A DNA stretch of 63,402 nt, counting the filler, from Coriobacteriales bacterium (lineage in GTDB: Bacteria; Actinomycetota; Coriobacteriia; Coriobacteriales; UBA8131): assembly GCA_031263105.1 (NCBI GenBank). It is 7 parts of 7 records of this genome, joined end to end, with 100 filler letters (N's around TTAATTAATTAA, not from the genome) between each part and the next. Parts side by side here need not be neighbours in the genome. Positions count along the whole stretch, not along the records: positions 1 to 21,091 come from JAISGJ010000225.1; 6 more parts are not named here. One strand, 5' to 3'. Under the pieces are notes generated by a model. That model worked only from the letters and a program-made list of their open reading frames with translations. It was not told the DNA's origin and searched no databases. Made by a program: the position numbers and the translations under genes. Of this stretch, positions 1 to 10,264 are shown one piece after another (the first letter of the stretch is position 1; each line of letters starts with the position of its first letter).

Positions 1-294
1 TGCGCCGGGAGCGAGGGGGTCGAAAGCGCCACAGGGCTGGAAGTCGACGGGGAGGTCGGCGAAGCCGCCAAGACCCTCTGGGGAGACAGGCTCGACGTCA
101 TCGTCGGGGACTTCGCACAGGCGCCGCCCGTCGGGCCCGCGGCGAATCTCCTCATCAGCAACCCGCCCTACGTCCGCCACCACTACATCGGCAGCGAAAG
201 CATAGATGTCCTAGACCTCTCCTTCCACGTCTTCAACAAGGATACCTGGGATACCGTGTTCGATTCGGACATGATTTCCATTGGCTTCAACTGA
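1..294 (+). pseudogene. 3' part of a truncated, possibly chimeric N6-adenine DNA methyltransferase ORF (runs in from the window edge)
   Basis: Own translation of frame +1: ...GLEVD...VIVGDF...NLLISNPPYVRHHY (MTase motif IV). Stop at 292-294 about 40 codons later; the downstream MTase motifs are absent. Confidence 0.55.
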
Positions 295-311
295 TACCGA
301 GCCGTTCGAAG

Positions 312-477
312 GTCACTGTTCGCACCCCCACTGTCTGTTCGCACCCCCACTGTCATCCCGAGCCTGCCGTGGGATCCGCGGCTGCGAAGCAGCCGACCGC
401 AGGTCGAAGCGCCTTCCGGCTGCGGTCGACCGCTTGCGCGGTCGAGGATCCCTCGGCAGGCTCGGGATGACAGTGGG
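312..477. repeat. Palindromic MITE/REPIN-like element, family A
   Basis: CACTGTCATCCCGAGCCTGCCG...CGGCAGGCTCGGGATGACAGTG inverted arms, shared with many copies in the window. Confidence 0.9.
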
Positions 478-482
478 TTCGG

Positions 483-1577
483 CTACTGCTCCAAGCGTCT
501 CCCCACAGGCACCTGCGAGAGCAGGACCGCTGCGAACATGGCCGCGCAGCCCGCAAGCTCGCGCAGCGTCAGCACCTCGCCCAGCAGGAGCGCGCCGCCG
601 AGCACGCTGAAGACCGCCTCGAGGCTCATGATGAGGGAGGCGGCCGAGGGGTTGAGCCCCTGCTGCCCGAAGGCCTGGAGCGTGAAGGCGACGCCCGTCG
701 AGAGGATGCCGGTGTACAGAACCGCTGGCAGCGCGGCGAGAAGCGCATCCGGCTCGAAGCCGCCCGTGACGAAGGACGCGTCAAGGAAGGGGGCGGTCGC
801 CAGGCTCAAGGCCGCCGCCACGGCGAACTGCACGATGCAGAGCCCCATGACCTCCCGTTGGCCCAGGCCTGCGACGAAGTGGTCGACGACGAGTATGTGG
901 CAGGCCCAGAAGAAGGCTCCCACCAGCACGACCATGTCGCCGAACTGGAGGGAGGCCGCGCCCGCCATGCACAGGAAGTACAGGCCGACCGCCGCGACGA
1001 GCACGCTGAGCCAGGTGTTCCAACGGGGCCTGTGGCGCAAGAAGATGCCGAGCACAGGGACCAGCACGATGTACAGGGCGGTGAGGAAGCCTGCCTTCGA
1101 TGCGGGGGTGAAGACGAGGCCGACCTGCTGGGCGCTGCCGGCAAGGAAGATGACGAGGCCGCAGACGGCGCCGCCGAGCAGGAGCCGCTTCGAGGGAAGC
1201 AGGCCGTCCGCAGCGGGGGCAGCGGGGTGCTCCCCAAGGCGGCCCGTCTCGCTCGCCTGCGACCCCTCCCCTCTCCCCGTGCGCCACAGGCTGCGCAGTG
1301 CGGCAACAAGGCCGGGCACCATGAAGGCGACAAGGAGGGTCAGGGCGCCGAGGAACATGCGGACGCCCATGAAGAGGAAGGGGCCGATGGACTCCATGCC
1401 GACGCGCTGGGCAACGAAGGCCATGCCCCAGATGAGCGCCGTGAGGGTCAGGACGAGGGAGGAGCGCAGGGCATGCGGCCGAGGCCCGGATCCGGTGCCG
1501 GGCCCGCCGTGCGCCTCGGACCGCATGCCCTGCGGCCGAGGCCCGGGCCCTGCGCCCCGCCCGCCGTCAGTTGGCAA
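483..1577 (-). CDS. DMT/EamA family transporter (start may be ATG 1526)
   Basis: LIWGMAFVAQ, QQVGL, SKAGFLTALYIVLVP, AASLIMSLEAVF; about 10 hydrophobic helices. Confidence 0.9.
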   Translation of the reverse strand: MPTDGGRGAGPGPRPQGMRSEAHGGPGTGSGPRPHALRSSLVLTLTALIWGMAFVAQRVGMESIGPFLFMGVRMFLGALTLLVAFMVPGLVAALRSLWRTGRGEGSQASETGRLGEHPAAPAADGLLPSKRLLLGGAVCGLVIFLAGSAQQVGLVFTPASKAGFLTALYIVLVPVLGIFLRHRPRWNTWLSVLVAAVGLYFLCMAGAASLQFGDMVVLVGAFFWACHILVVDHFVAGLGQREVMGLCIVQFAVAAALSLATAPFLDASFVTGGFEPDALLAALPAVLYTGILSTGVAFTLQAFGQQGLNPSAASLIMSLEAVFSVLGGALLLGEVLTLRELAGCAAMFAAVLLSQVPVGRRLEQ

Positions 1578-3291
1578 GGAAGCCCCAGCCTTCGGGGCGC
1601 TTCCAGCCGCGTACCATCTCGAGGTACTCCTCGGGCCTTCCGTCGGGCACTAGGCCCCGGGAATGGTCCGTGAAGCCGTTCGTTATCGGCCAGTCCCGGT
1701 CGATGCCCATGTCGAGGGTGCCGAGGACGGGCGCAAGCGGCTCCTGGCGACGCTTGAACTCGGCGCGCCGCACGGTGTCGAGCACCGTGGCCACCAGGTC
1801 CTCCGTCAAGGCCGTTCCGTCGGGCACCTGGCGGCTGTACTCGAGTATCTGGTCCACGCCGAGGCCGTCCTCGATGTGGAGGCCGAGGATGCGGTCGAGC
1901 ACCTCGTAGGGCGGCAGGCTGTCCTGGTCCTTCTGTCCCTCGTACAGCTCGGCGGAGGGGGCCTTCTCCAGAATCTCGACGGGGATGACGGGCGACCTCC
2001 CGTTGCGCCAGTGCGCAAGGCCGTAGACATCGGTCTTGTAGGTGTTGCCCAAGGGGGCCAGCGCACCGGCCGTGTCGCCGTACAGCGTGGAGAAGCCCAT
2101 CGCGGCCTCGGACTTGTTGCCCGTGTTGAGCAGCAGCCATCCAAAGGTGTTTGAGAGCTGCATGAGATGGACGGCCCTGATGCGCGCCTGGATGTTCTGG
2201 CGCGCAAGGAAGCTCCCCTCCTGACCCAGCACCTCGCGATACAGCGCAGAGAACGCCGCAAGGGGCCCGTCTATGGGAAGGCTGAGGGTCTCGATGCCGA
2301 GATTGGCGGCGAGCGCGGTGGCGTCGAGGACGCTTCCCTCGGAGGAGTACGGGCCGGGCATCAGGACGCCGTGCACGTGTCCGGCGCCCAAGGCATCGCA
2401 GGCAAGGGCTGCGGTGACAGCGGAGTCGATGCCCCCGGAAAGCCCTATGACCACGTCGGTGAACCCGTTCTTGCGGACGTAGTCGTGGATGCAGAGCCCC
2501 AGCGCCCTCCAATCCGCGTCATAGGGCAGAAGGGGCCTGACGAGGCGCCCCTCCTCGTTGCCCGGCCGCCGCTCGAGCCCTATGTTGAAGGAGAGCACCT
2601 GCTCGACGAAGGGCCCTGCCGCCTCCACGACGCTGCCGTCCGGCGCAAGGGCCACGCTCGCCCCGTCGTAGACGACGTCGTCCTGGGCCCCGACGAGGTT
2701 GACTGCAAGGACCCAGGCGTCGTTTCTGCGCGCGACCTCCCGAAGATAGCCGAGCTGGTCGGAGGCCGTGAACATGGTGTCCGTCCCTTGGTACTCCTTG
2801 GCAAGCATGACGATGACGATGTCGGAGGCCGTGAAGTCGTCCGTCGGCTCGGGGGGCCCGTCGAGGAGGACGGACACGGTCTGCCCGTCCAGGGACACCG
2901 TGACGCTCGAGGTGTATCGCAGGGGCTCCCACTGGCCGGGCGGGTCGATGAAGCCGAGGGGCGTGCCCTCCCCGTCCCTGCAGAACAGCACCTCCGGCTC
3001 GCCGATGAAGCCTGCCCCCTCTTCCAAGGGGACGGGGAGCAGGGTGCCGACAAGGGTCGGCAAGGGGGCCTTCTCCATGAAGAGGCGGGCAACGTCGAGG
3101 GCCTCTGCCATGAAGGCGTCCGAATGGCACAGACCGTCGAGCGGCGCACCGGTCAGGGCGCAGGAGGGCAGCACGACGAGGTCCGGCGGATAGGCGCTTG
3201 CAGCCAGGGCGTCGAGGGTCTCCAGCACCTGTGCGGCATTGGCCCTGAGTGCGCCTACGGTGGGGTTGTTCTGCACTATCGCGACGTACAT
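1567..3291 (-). CDS. nadE: NAD+ synthetase with N-terminal nitrilase-fold domain
   Basis: SGGIDS, QNIQARIR, TGNKSE, TLYGD and KAPSAEL motifs; N-terminal Q-N-P-T-V-G nitrilase-like start. Confidence 0.93.
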   Translation of the reverse strand: MYVAIVQNNPTVGALRANAAQVLETLDALAASAYPPDLVVLPSCALTGAPLDGLCHSDAFMAEALDVARLFMEKAPLPTLVGTLLPVPLEEGAGFIGEPEVLFCRDGEGTPLGFIDPPGQWEPLRYTSSVTVSLDGQTVSVLLDGPPEPTDDFTASDIVIVMLAKEYQGTDTMFTASDQLGYLREVARRNDAWVLAVNLVGAQDDVVYDGASVALAPDGSVVEAAGPFVEQVLSFNIGLERRPGNEEGRLVRPLLPYDADWRALGLCIHDYVRKNGFTDVVIGLSGGIDSAVTAALACDALGAGHVHGVLMPGPYSSEGSVLDATALAANLGIETLSLPIDGPLAAFSALYREVLGQEGSFLARQNIQARIRAVHLMQLSNTFGWLLLNTGNKSEAAMGFSTLYGDTAGALAPLGNTYKTDVYGLAHWRNGRSPVIPVEILEKAPSAELYEGQKDQDSLPPYEVLDRILGLHIEDGLGVDQILEYSRQVPDGTALTEDLVATVLDTVRRAEFKRRQEPLAPVLGTLDMGIDRDWPITNGFTDHSRGLVPDGRPEEYLEMVRGWKRPEGWGFLAN

Positions 3292-3381
3292 GGCTTCCTC
3301 CTTGCTGTCCGTTCTCCTCGCCTGGGTGGGGCGTCAAACCAAGGGAGGCGCTGGGCGGCCGCCGTCTCCCAAGAGAAGCAC

Positions 3382-4029
3382 TCAGTCGGCATTTCGCGGA
3401 CGGAGCGCCCCGTGCTGCAGCTCGTGGGCTATGGTGGTATCGACATCGTGGCCGGGATGGACCACGGTCCGCCCCGGGAGCCGGGCGAGCCGTTGCAGGC
3501 TCTCGCGCATCTGCCGGGCGTTGCCTGTGGGGAAGTCCGTCCTGCCACAGGTCTCGAAGAAGAGGGTGTCGCCCGAGAGGAGGACGGCGCCCTCTTCGTC
3601 GTACAGGCACATGCTGCCCACGGTATGGCCGGGGGTGTGGATGACGCGGAGCCGTGCGGAGCCCACGGGCACGTAGTCGCCGTCCTCGACGGTGGCCGTC
3701 GCCGGCGTCGAGGGGGGCACAAGCCCATGCGGCACCGCACCCGAGGTGACGGGGTCGCACACGGCGTCGGCATCGAGCGCGTGGGCGACGACCTCGGCCG
3801 CGCCCGCCTGCACCAGGGCCGAAAGCGCCCCGGTGTGGTCGAAGTGGCGATGCGTCAGCACGATGCGCTCCACGGTGCGCCCTCCCAGGGCCGCATGTAT
3901 CCTTTCGGGCTGCGCCCCCGGGTCGACGACGACGACCCGCCTTGCATCCGCCACGTCGTTGACGAGGTAGCAGTTCTCGATGAAGCCGGGGGCCACCTCG
4001 ACCTCGACCCTCTCCACATGTACCGGCAT
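3382..4029 (-). CDS. MBL-fold metallo-hydrolase (glyoxalase II-like)
   Basis: THRHFDH, HTPGHT, SGDTLF, GRTDF and PGH motifs. Confidence 0.92.
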   Translation of the reverse strand: MPVHVERVEVEVAPGFIENCYLVNDVADARRVVVVDPGAQPERIHAALGGRTVERIVLTHRHFDHTGALSALVQAGAAEVVAHALDADAVCDPVTSGAVPHGLVPPSTPATATVEDGDYVPVGSARLRVIHTPGHTVGSMCLYDEEGAVLLSGDTLFFETCGRTDFPTGNARQMRESLQRLARLPGRTVVHPGHDVDTTIAHELQHGALRPRNAD

Positions 4030-4030
4030 G

Positions 4031-6367
4031 TCACGAACCGACCTTTCGTTTCTGTCCCGCCTCGCCCGACATCGCCCTCCGGGCATCTATGACGCCCTCG
4101 ATGGCGCACACCTCGCGCAGTATCTTCTCGATATGGGCGATCTCGCTCACCTCGAAGATATAGCGCATCTCCACGATACCATCCTTATGGGTCGCCATGT
4201 TGGCGTTGAGGATGTTCACGCCGCTGGAGCCGAGGGCGACCGTCACGTCCTGGTAGAGGCGCAGGCGGTCGATGGCCTCGATGAACACCTCGACCTGGTA
4301 GACCTCATGGCTCTGGCCCTCTGCGGCCCATTCGACCTCGATGATGCGCTCCGGCGTGTCCATGAGCGCCTTCGCGTTGGGGCAGCTCGTGCGGTGGACG
4401 GTCACGCCGCGCCCCCGGGTGACAAAGCCGATGATCTCGTCGCCCGGGACGGGGTTGCAGCAGCGCGAGAGCCGCACCAGGACGTCGTCGATGCCTTTGA
4501 CGACGACGCCGGAGGAGCCTTTGGAGGGTTTGGGGCCGCGTGTCGTGCCCCTGCCGAGCTTCGAGCGTGCGGGGTCGAGCACCGAGGCGTCGGCGCCCGC
4601 CAGGTTGCCGAGGGCCAGCAGCCTCTCGGGGCCCGTCGCCTCGGTGCTGTCCTGCCATTCGACGGCCATCTCCTTGAGCAGCCGGTTCGCCACCTGGCGT
4701 GCGCTCTGCTTGCCGGTCCCGATCAGCGCCATGAGGTCGTCGGGATCCTTGTGCCCCATGCCCTCCGAGACGGTCCTCAGCGCCTTCACCGAGCGGTGCT
4801 GCGATATGCCCGCCCCGTGCTTGCGCATCTCCTTGCCGAGCAGCTCCCTGCCCCGGAGGATGTCGTCGTCCTTGCTCATGCGGGAGAAGTACGCACGTAT
4901 CTTCGAGCGGGCAGAGGGCGTCTTGACGATGTTGAGCCAGTCGCGGGAGGGGCCGGAGCTCTTCAGCGTGAGCACCTCGACCCTGTCGCCCATCTGGAGT
5001 TCGTAGGTGAGGGGGACGATGATGCCGTCGACCTTGGCACCGACGCAGTGGTTGCCGACCTCGGTATGGATGGCGTAGGCGAAGTCGATGGGGGTCGAGC
5101 CGTTGCGCAGCCTGACGACCTCGCCTTTGGGGGTGAACACGAAGACCTCGGAGTACGTGAGCCCCAGGCGCAGGGACTCCATGAACTCCCGTGGCTCGAC
5201 GTCCTCGTCCGTCCAGTCGAGCATCTGCCGCAGCCAGGCGAGCTGCTCGTCGAGCTCGGCGTCGGTGGGGCTCGCCTTGTCGTCCTTGTAGCGCCAGTGG
5301 GCAGCGACGCCGTATTCGCTCGTCCGGTGCATCTCCCTCGTGCGTATCTGTATCTCGAGCGGCCGGCCCGCAGGGCCGATGACGGTCGTGTGCAGCGACT
5401 GGTAGCGGTTCAGCTTGGGCATCGCGATGTAGTCCTTGAAGCGCCCCGGCATGGGCGGCCAGATGGTGTGGACCGCCCCGAGGCACGAATAGCATTCGCT
5501 CGGAGTGTCGACGATGACGCGCAGGGCGATGAGGTCGTATATCTCTGAGAAGTCCTTGCCCTTCTGGGCCATCTTCTGGTAGATGGAGTACAGGTGCTTG
5601 GGGCGGCCGGTTATCTTCGCCTCCAGCCCTATGCGCACAAGCTCGGCGCCGAGCAGGGCTATCGTGTGCCCAAGGTACTCCTCCCGGGCGCTCCGCGACT
5701 CCTTGACCATACGGGAGACCTGCTGGAAGCGGGCCGGCTCGAGGTAGTAGAAGGCAAGGTCCTCCAGCTCCCATTTGATGGAGTTGATGCCGAGGCGATG
5801 CGCGAGGGGGGCGAACACCTCCATGGTCTCGCGCGCCTTGAAGATGCGGCGGTCCTCGCGCAGGGCCTGGAGCGTCCGCATGTTGTGCAGGCGGTCGGCG
5901 AGCTTGATGACGATGACGCGGATGTCCTTGGACATGGCGAGCAGCATCTTGCGGATGTTGCGCACCTGCTGCTCGGAGAGCGACTCGATCTCTATGCGCG
6001 TGATCTTGGTCACTCCGTCGATGAGGCCGCGCACGTCCGCCGAGAACACCTTCTCGACGTCGTCGAGGGTCATGGCGGTGTCCTCGACCGTGTCGTGGAG
6101 AAGGGCGGCGGTGATGGTGTCGGCGTCCATGCGCAGCTCGGCCAGGATGAGCGCGACCTGGATGGGATGGTTCACGAAGGCCTCGCCGGTCTTGCGGACC
6201 TGCCCTTTGTGCGCCTTCGCTGCAAAGGAGAAGGCCTGCTTGAGCTGGGCGACGTCCTTGGGACCCAGATAGGTGCCCGCCTGCTCGACGAGCCTGCTGA
6301 AGGCGTCGGGGACAAGGTCGCGCGGCTTCGGTGCCAAGGGAGGCGCGCCCTCGCTCGTCTCACCCAT
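4031..6367 (-). CDS. rel: Bifunctional (p)ppGpp synthetase/hydrolase (long RSH)
   Basis: HD motif LLHDTVEDT; synthetase GRPKHLYSI, YQSLHT and EIQIRT; TGS, CC and ACT regions. Confidence 0.97.
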   Translation of the reverse strand: MGETSEGAPPLAPKPRDLVPDAFSRLVEQAGTYLGPKDVAQLKQAFSFAAKAHKGQVRKTGEAFVNHPIQVALILAELRMDADTITAALLHDTVEDTAMTLDDVEKVFSADVRGLIDGVTKITRIEIESLSEQQVRNIRKMLLAMSKDIRVIVIKLADRLHNMRTLQALREDRRIFKARETMEVFAPLAHRLGINSIKWELEDLAFYYLEPARFQQVSRMVKESRSAREEYLGHTIALLGAELVRIGLEAKITGRPKHLYSIYQKMAQKGKDFSEIYDLIALRVIVDTPSECYSCLGAVHTIWPPMPGRFKDYIAMPKLNRYQSLHTTVIGPAGRPLEIQIRTREMHRTSEYGVAAHWRYKDDKASPTDAELDEQLAWLRQMLDWTDEDVEPREFMESLRLGLTYSEVFVFTPKGEVVRLRNGSTPIDFAYAIHTEVGNHCVGAKVDGIIVPLTYELQMGDRVEVLTLKSSGPSRDWLNIVKTPSARSKIRAYFSRMSKDDDILRGRELLGKEMRKHGAGISQHRSVKALRTVSEGMGHKDPDDLMALIGTGKQSARQVANRLLKEMAVEWQDSTEATGPERLLALGNLAGADASVLDPARSKLGRGTTRGPKPSKGSSGVVVKGIDDVLVRLSRCCNPVPGDEIIGFVTRGRGVTVHRTSCPNAKALMDTPERIIEVEWAAEGQSHEVYQVEVFIEAIDRLRLYQDVTVALGSSGVNILNANMATHKDGIVEMRYIFEVSEIAHIEKILREVCAIEGVIDARRAMSGEAGQKRKVGS

Positions 6368-9300
6368 GGACGTCCGCCTGCCGTCCGCCGAGCGGGGTCA
6401 GGGGCCCCCGTATCTGGTCGCGGAGCTCGTCGCTTTCCGCCGCGAGCGCCCATTGCCTGAAATCCTCGAAAAGCGCGAGCTCCTCCCTGCCCTCAAGGTA
6501 CCTGCTGCTTGCAGAGAGCTCGACCCGCCTGTCGGCGACGAGGGCGACCGTGCGAGGTGCTTCGTCGTCGTCGAGGGATCCGAGGGGGTCGAGGGGGGCC
6601 TGTTCGAGCAACCCGAGCTCCTCGAGGATCGCGAGCGCGTTCAGGGCCCCTCTCCCGTCGAGGGGGCATTGGGGGTCCCTGTGGCGGCAGGCGTCGGCAA
6701 GGCCCTGCGCAGAGACGACGAGGGGGGCGCCCTTGCCGGGCGCGGCATCGTGCCCGGAGGCCAGGTCGCCCAATGCCCGGTACAGGGTCACCATCTCCTC
6801 GCGCCCGGGCGAGAGCGGGGCGAGCAGCCGCCTGTTCAGGTGCGCGTCGTCGTGCGTGTAGAGCAGATGGACCGTCGCGTCGGCACCGTCCCTGCCCGCA
6901 CGGCCCGACATCTGGTTGAAGGCGGCCGCACTGAACGGGAGGCTGTAGAGCACCACGTCGGAGATGTCGGGGATGTCTATGCCCTCGCCGAAGGCGCTCG
7001 TCGAGACGAGCACCCTCGCCTCGCCGGCCCGGAAGGCATCCTCCAGCGCCTTGCGCGCGGCCCGTCCGAGCCCTGCGTGGTAGAAGACGACCTCTTCGGC
7101 CCTGCGCGGGTCGCGCTTGCGCAGCAGCCGCGCCAGGACGACCGTCTGCATGCGCGAGTTCGCGTAGATCACCGCCTTGGCCGCCTTGGCCACGACCTCC
7201 GCCAGCAGGCGGTCGCGGTCGCAGCGGTTGCGAAGGTCGTTGACGTGCAGGTTCTCGCGACGGGTGTCGTCCACGATGACGCGTCCGATGCCGAGGGCGT
7301 CCTTGACGGCGGCGGCGGTGCGGGCATCGGAGGTCGCGGTGAGCGCAAGGCACTGCACCTGGGGGAAGTGCGCACGCAACGCGCCGAGGTCGCGGTAGGC
7401 CGGCCGGCCGGCGGTGCGCTCCGTCTGGATGTGGTGCGCCTCGTCGAACACGACGAGGCCGATGCGCGCGGAGGAGGCGAACCTCCAGGCATGGAGGCCG
7501 AGGAACTCGGGGGTCGTGAGCACGACGTCGATGCTGCCCTCGTACAGGCCCTGGAACAGCTCGTCCTTCTCGTCGGCCGTGTTCTCCCCGGTCACCGCGC
7601 AGGCCTTGACGCCCAGGCGGGAGAGGCGCCCGACGAGGTGGGCGGACTGGTCCGCTATCAGGGCGCGCAGGGGATAGACGAACACGCTTGCGGCCTTTTT
7701 GCTGCGCGCCAGGTAGGCGGCATGGGCCTGGAAGACGAGGGACTTCCCCCTGCCGGTCGCCATGACCACCAGGACGGACTCCCCCGCCCTCAGCGCCTCA
7801 AGGGCCTCGGCCTGTGCCGGATGCAGCCGGACGGGCCTTCCGGCCACCTGCGAGGCCAGTCCTTGGATGTCGTCGCCCTCGGGTGCAGGGCCGGGAGCGT
7901 CGTCTGCATCTCCTTCGTCCGCACCGGCCCCGTCGTCGGCATCCTCGCCGTCGCTGCCGCCCTCGGGTCCGCAGGCGGCGCCTCCGCCCTCCCCCTGCCC
8001 TTCGTCCGTCCCGTCTGCGCCTTCCCGGTCGTCCGCGTCGGGCGACTCGAAGACCTTCTCGACCATGAGCTTCACACGGGGGGTGCCGCCCCATTCGTCC
8101 ACCTGCGGGCGGTAGACGACGTCCACGGCCTTCCCGCAGGAGGCGAGCGAGAGGATGTGCTCGATGCACGGGCACCTGAACCAGATGGCGGAGACGGTGC
8201 AGGCATCGTCCATGACGGAGAAGGAGAGGTGGGCCTTGTCCGCCCCCACGGCACGGGCGTTCACGAGGAACACGCCGCAGCTCACGTACAGCGGCTCCCT
8301 GTTGGCATGGCCGTAGGGCCCGAGGAGGGCGAGCTGCCCCACCGCCTCCCGGTCGAGCTCGCAGAGGGCGAGCTGCGCGTCGAGGGGCAGGGGCGGATGG
8401 AAGCCCTCGTCGGGTTCTGCGGCCATGACGGCCTCCATGCGCTCCTTGAACGCGTCGAGCCGCTCCTGCGCGACCGTGACCCCGACGGCCCCTGCGTGCC
8501 CACCGAACCTCAGCGTCAGATCCCCGCAGCGCTCGACAGCCTTGAACAGGTTGACCGTCCCGATGCTCCTGCCCGAGCCGCGCGCCTGGCCGTCCGTGAG
8601 CGTGAAGACGATGACCGGGACACCGTAGCGCGCCACGAGGCGGGAGGCGACGATGCCGCGCACGCCCTCGTGCCAGCCCTCCCCTGCCACCACGAGCACC
8701 TTCTGGCCATGATAGCCGTCCGCAGCCTGGGCGAGGGCCTCGGCGAGCAGGGCGGCCTCGACCTTGCGCCGCTCGGTGTTCAGCGCATCGAGCGTGGCGG
8801 CGATGTCGGACGCCTGTGAGGCCTCGTCGCTCAGCAGCAGGTCGAGCGCGACCGTAGGGTCGCCCATCCTGCCCGCCGCGTTGAGCCGGGGGATCAGGCC
8901 GTAGCTGAGGTCGATTGTGCTGAGCTCAGTGCCCCGCCTCTTCGAAAGCGCCAGGGCTGCGGCCGCACCGGGACGCGGCGTGCGCCCGAGGAGCGTCAGG
9001 CCCTCTGCGACCAGGGAGCGGTTCTCGCCGGTCAGGGGCATGACGTCGGCCACCGTCCCGAGGGTCGCCAGGTCGACGAGGTCGCGCCAGAGCAAGGGCC
9101 GGCCGAAACGTGCGCCGAGCAGGGCCATGAGCTTCAATGCGACGCCGGCCCCTGCGAGGCCGGCGAAGGGCGAATAGGGATCCAGCTTGGGATCCGTGAG
9201 GGGGATGCCATGAGGGACGCTGCCCGAGGGCTCGTGGTGGTCGGTGACAAGGACCTCTATCCCGTGCGCGAGGAGCTGGGCGACCTCCTCGTGCGCCGAG

Positions 9301-9794
9301 ATGCCGCAGTCGACGGTGACCAGCGTCTCGGGGGCCCTCGCATATATCCGCTCCAAGGCGCCCGGCGTCAGGCCGTAGCCCTCGTCCATGCGGTGAGGGA
9401 TAAGGCAGCCCACGTCCGCCCCGAGGGCAGCAAGCCCCCTCGCCATGCAGGCGGTGGCGCTGATGCCGTCCACGTCGAAGTCGCCGAAGACCAGTATGCG
9501 CCGACGTGCGCGCACCGCCGCCTCCAGGGCGTCGGCGACCTCCGTCATGCCGGGGACGAGGGCGGGGTCGCCCCAGTCGCGGTCGAGGTCGGGGGCCAGG
9601 AAGCGCTGCGCATCGTCTGCGTCGACGATGCCACGGGCCACGAGCGTGCGGGCAAGGAGGGGCGCGATCCCACAGGCGTCCGCGACCGCCTGTACGGCGT
9701 CCGGGTCGGCGTCGCGTATGCTCCAACGTGGTCCCAAGAAGGCCCTCCTGCATCGGTGCCCTGTATCAAGGGCAGACAAACATATCGCCTCCAT
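6360..9794 (-). CDS. recJ: ssDNA exonuclease RecJ fused to a C-terminal RecQ-like DEAH helicase (start uncertain)
   Basis: GDFDVDG, TVDCG, TDHH, LNAAGR and GGHAGAVG (DHH/DHHA1); then TGRGKS, DEAH, LTAT, AFGEGID and QMSGRAGRDG. Confidence 0.93.
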   Translation of the reverse strand: MEAICLSALDTGHRCRRAFLGPRWSIRDADPDAVQAVADACGIAPLLARTLVARGIVDADDAQRFLAPDLDRDWGDPALVPGMTEVADALEAAVRARRRILVFGDFDVDGISATACMARGLAALGADVGCLIPHRMDEGYGLTPGALERIYARAPETLVTVDCGISAHEEVAQLLAHGIEVLVTDHHEPSGSVPHGIPLTDPKLDPYSPFAGLAGAGVALKLMALLGARFGRPLLWRDLVDLATLGTVADVMPLTGENRSLVAEGLTLLGRTPRPGAAAALALSKRRGTELSTIDLSYGLIPRLNAAGRMGDPTVALDLLLSDEASQASDIAATLDALNTERRKVEAALLAEALAQAADGYHGQKVLVVAGEGWHEGVRGIVASRLVARYGVPVIVFTLTDGQARGSGRSIGTVNLFKAVERCGDLTLRFGGHAGAVGVTVAQERLDAFKERMEAVMAAEPDEGFHPPLPLDAQLALCELDREAVGQLALLGPYGHANREPLYVSCGVFLVNARAVGADKAHLSFSVMDDACTVSAIWFRCPCIEHILSLASCGKAVDVVYRPQVDEWGGTPRVKLMVEKVFESPDADDREGADGTDEGQGEGGGAACGPEGGSDGEDADDGAGADEGDADDAPGPAPEGDDIQGLASQVAGRPVRLHPAQAEALEALRAGESVLVVMATGRGKSLVFQAHAAYLARSKKAASVFVYPLRALIADQSAHLVGRLSRLGVKACAVTGENTADEKDELFQGLYEGSIDVVLTTPEFLGLHAWRFASSARIGLVVFDEAHHIQTERTAGRPAYRDLGALRAHFPQVQCLALTATSDARTAAAVKDALGIGRVIVDDTRRENLHVNDLRNRCDRDRLLAEVVAKAAKAVIYANSRMQTVVLARLLRKRDPRRAEEVVFYHAGLGRAARKALEDAFRAGEARVLVSTSAFGEGIDIPDISDVVLYSLPFSAAAFNQMSGRAGRDGADATVHLLYTHDDAHLNRRLLAPLSPGREEMVTLYRALGDLASGHDAAPGKGAPLVVSAQGLADACRHRDPQCPLDGRGALNALAILEELGLLEQAPLDPLGSLDDDEAPRTVALVADRRVELSASSRYLEGREELALFEDFRQWALAAESDELRDQIRGPLTPLGGRQADVHG

Positions 9795-9849
9795 TCTGAC
9801 AGAAAACCGCGTTTTGCGCAGCAGCCGTCTCTTGCGGCGCGGGCGCCGG

Positions 9850-10176
9850 GTTGCGGTCCACACCCTCCATGAATACCCCCACTGTCACCCACACCCCCAC
9901 TGTCACCCACGCCCCCTCTGTCACCCACGCCCCCACTGTCACCCACGCCCCCACTGTCATTCCGAGCCTGTCGAGGAATCCTCGGCCGCGCAAGCGGCCG
10001 ACCGCAGGTCGAGGGACCCCCCGACCTACCGTTGGTCGCTTCGCTCTCCATGGGCCTGTCGGCCCGTCCTCGCTGAAAACGCGGTGCGTTTTCCGGGCGC
10101 TCGGACCCAAGGATTCCTCGGCGGGGCTCGGAATGACAGTGTGCGCTCGGAATGACAGTGGGGTGTGAACGGTAAC
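9850..10176. repeat. Family A element with an 18-bp sub-terminal tandem array
   Basis: GTTGC..CACACCC left end and GTGTGAACGGTAAC right end; flanks GGCGCCGG / GGTGCTGG (6/8, degenerate TSD). Confidence 0.85.
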
Positions 10177-10264
10177 GGTGCTGGCAATGCGATAGAATGG
10201 GACACGACAGGGCGCATTGGCAAAGGCGCCGGGTTTCGGCTCTTGGAGCACCGAAGGAGGCTGA

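Noticed and set aside
6273..8819. Long antisense or alternative-frame ORFs (e.g. 848 aa here, 2167-4092, 12107-13834, 32188-33987)
   Set aside because: Shadows of well-supported genes in high-GC DNA; no recognisable motifs.
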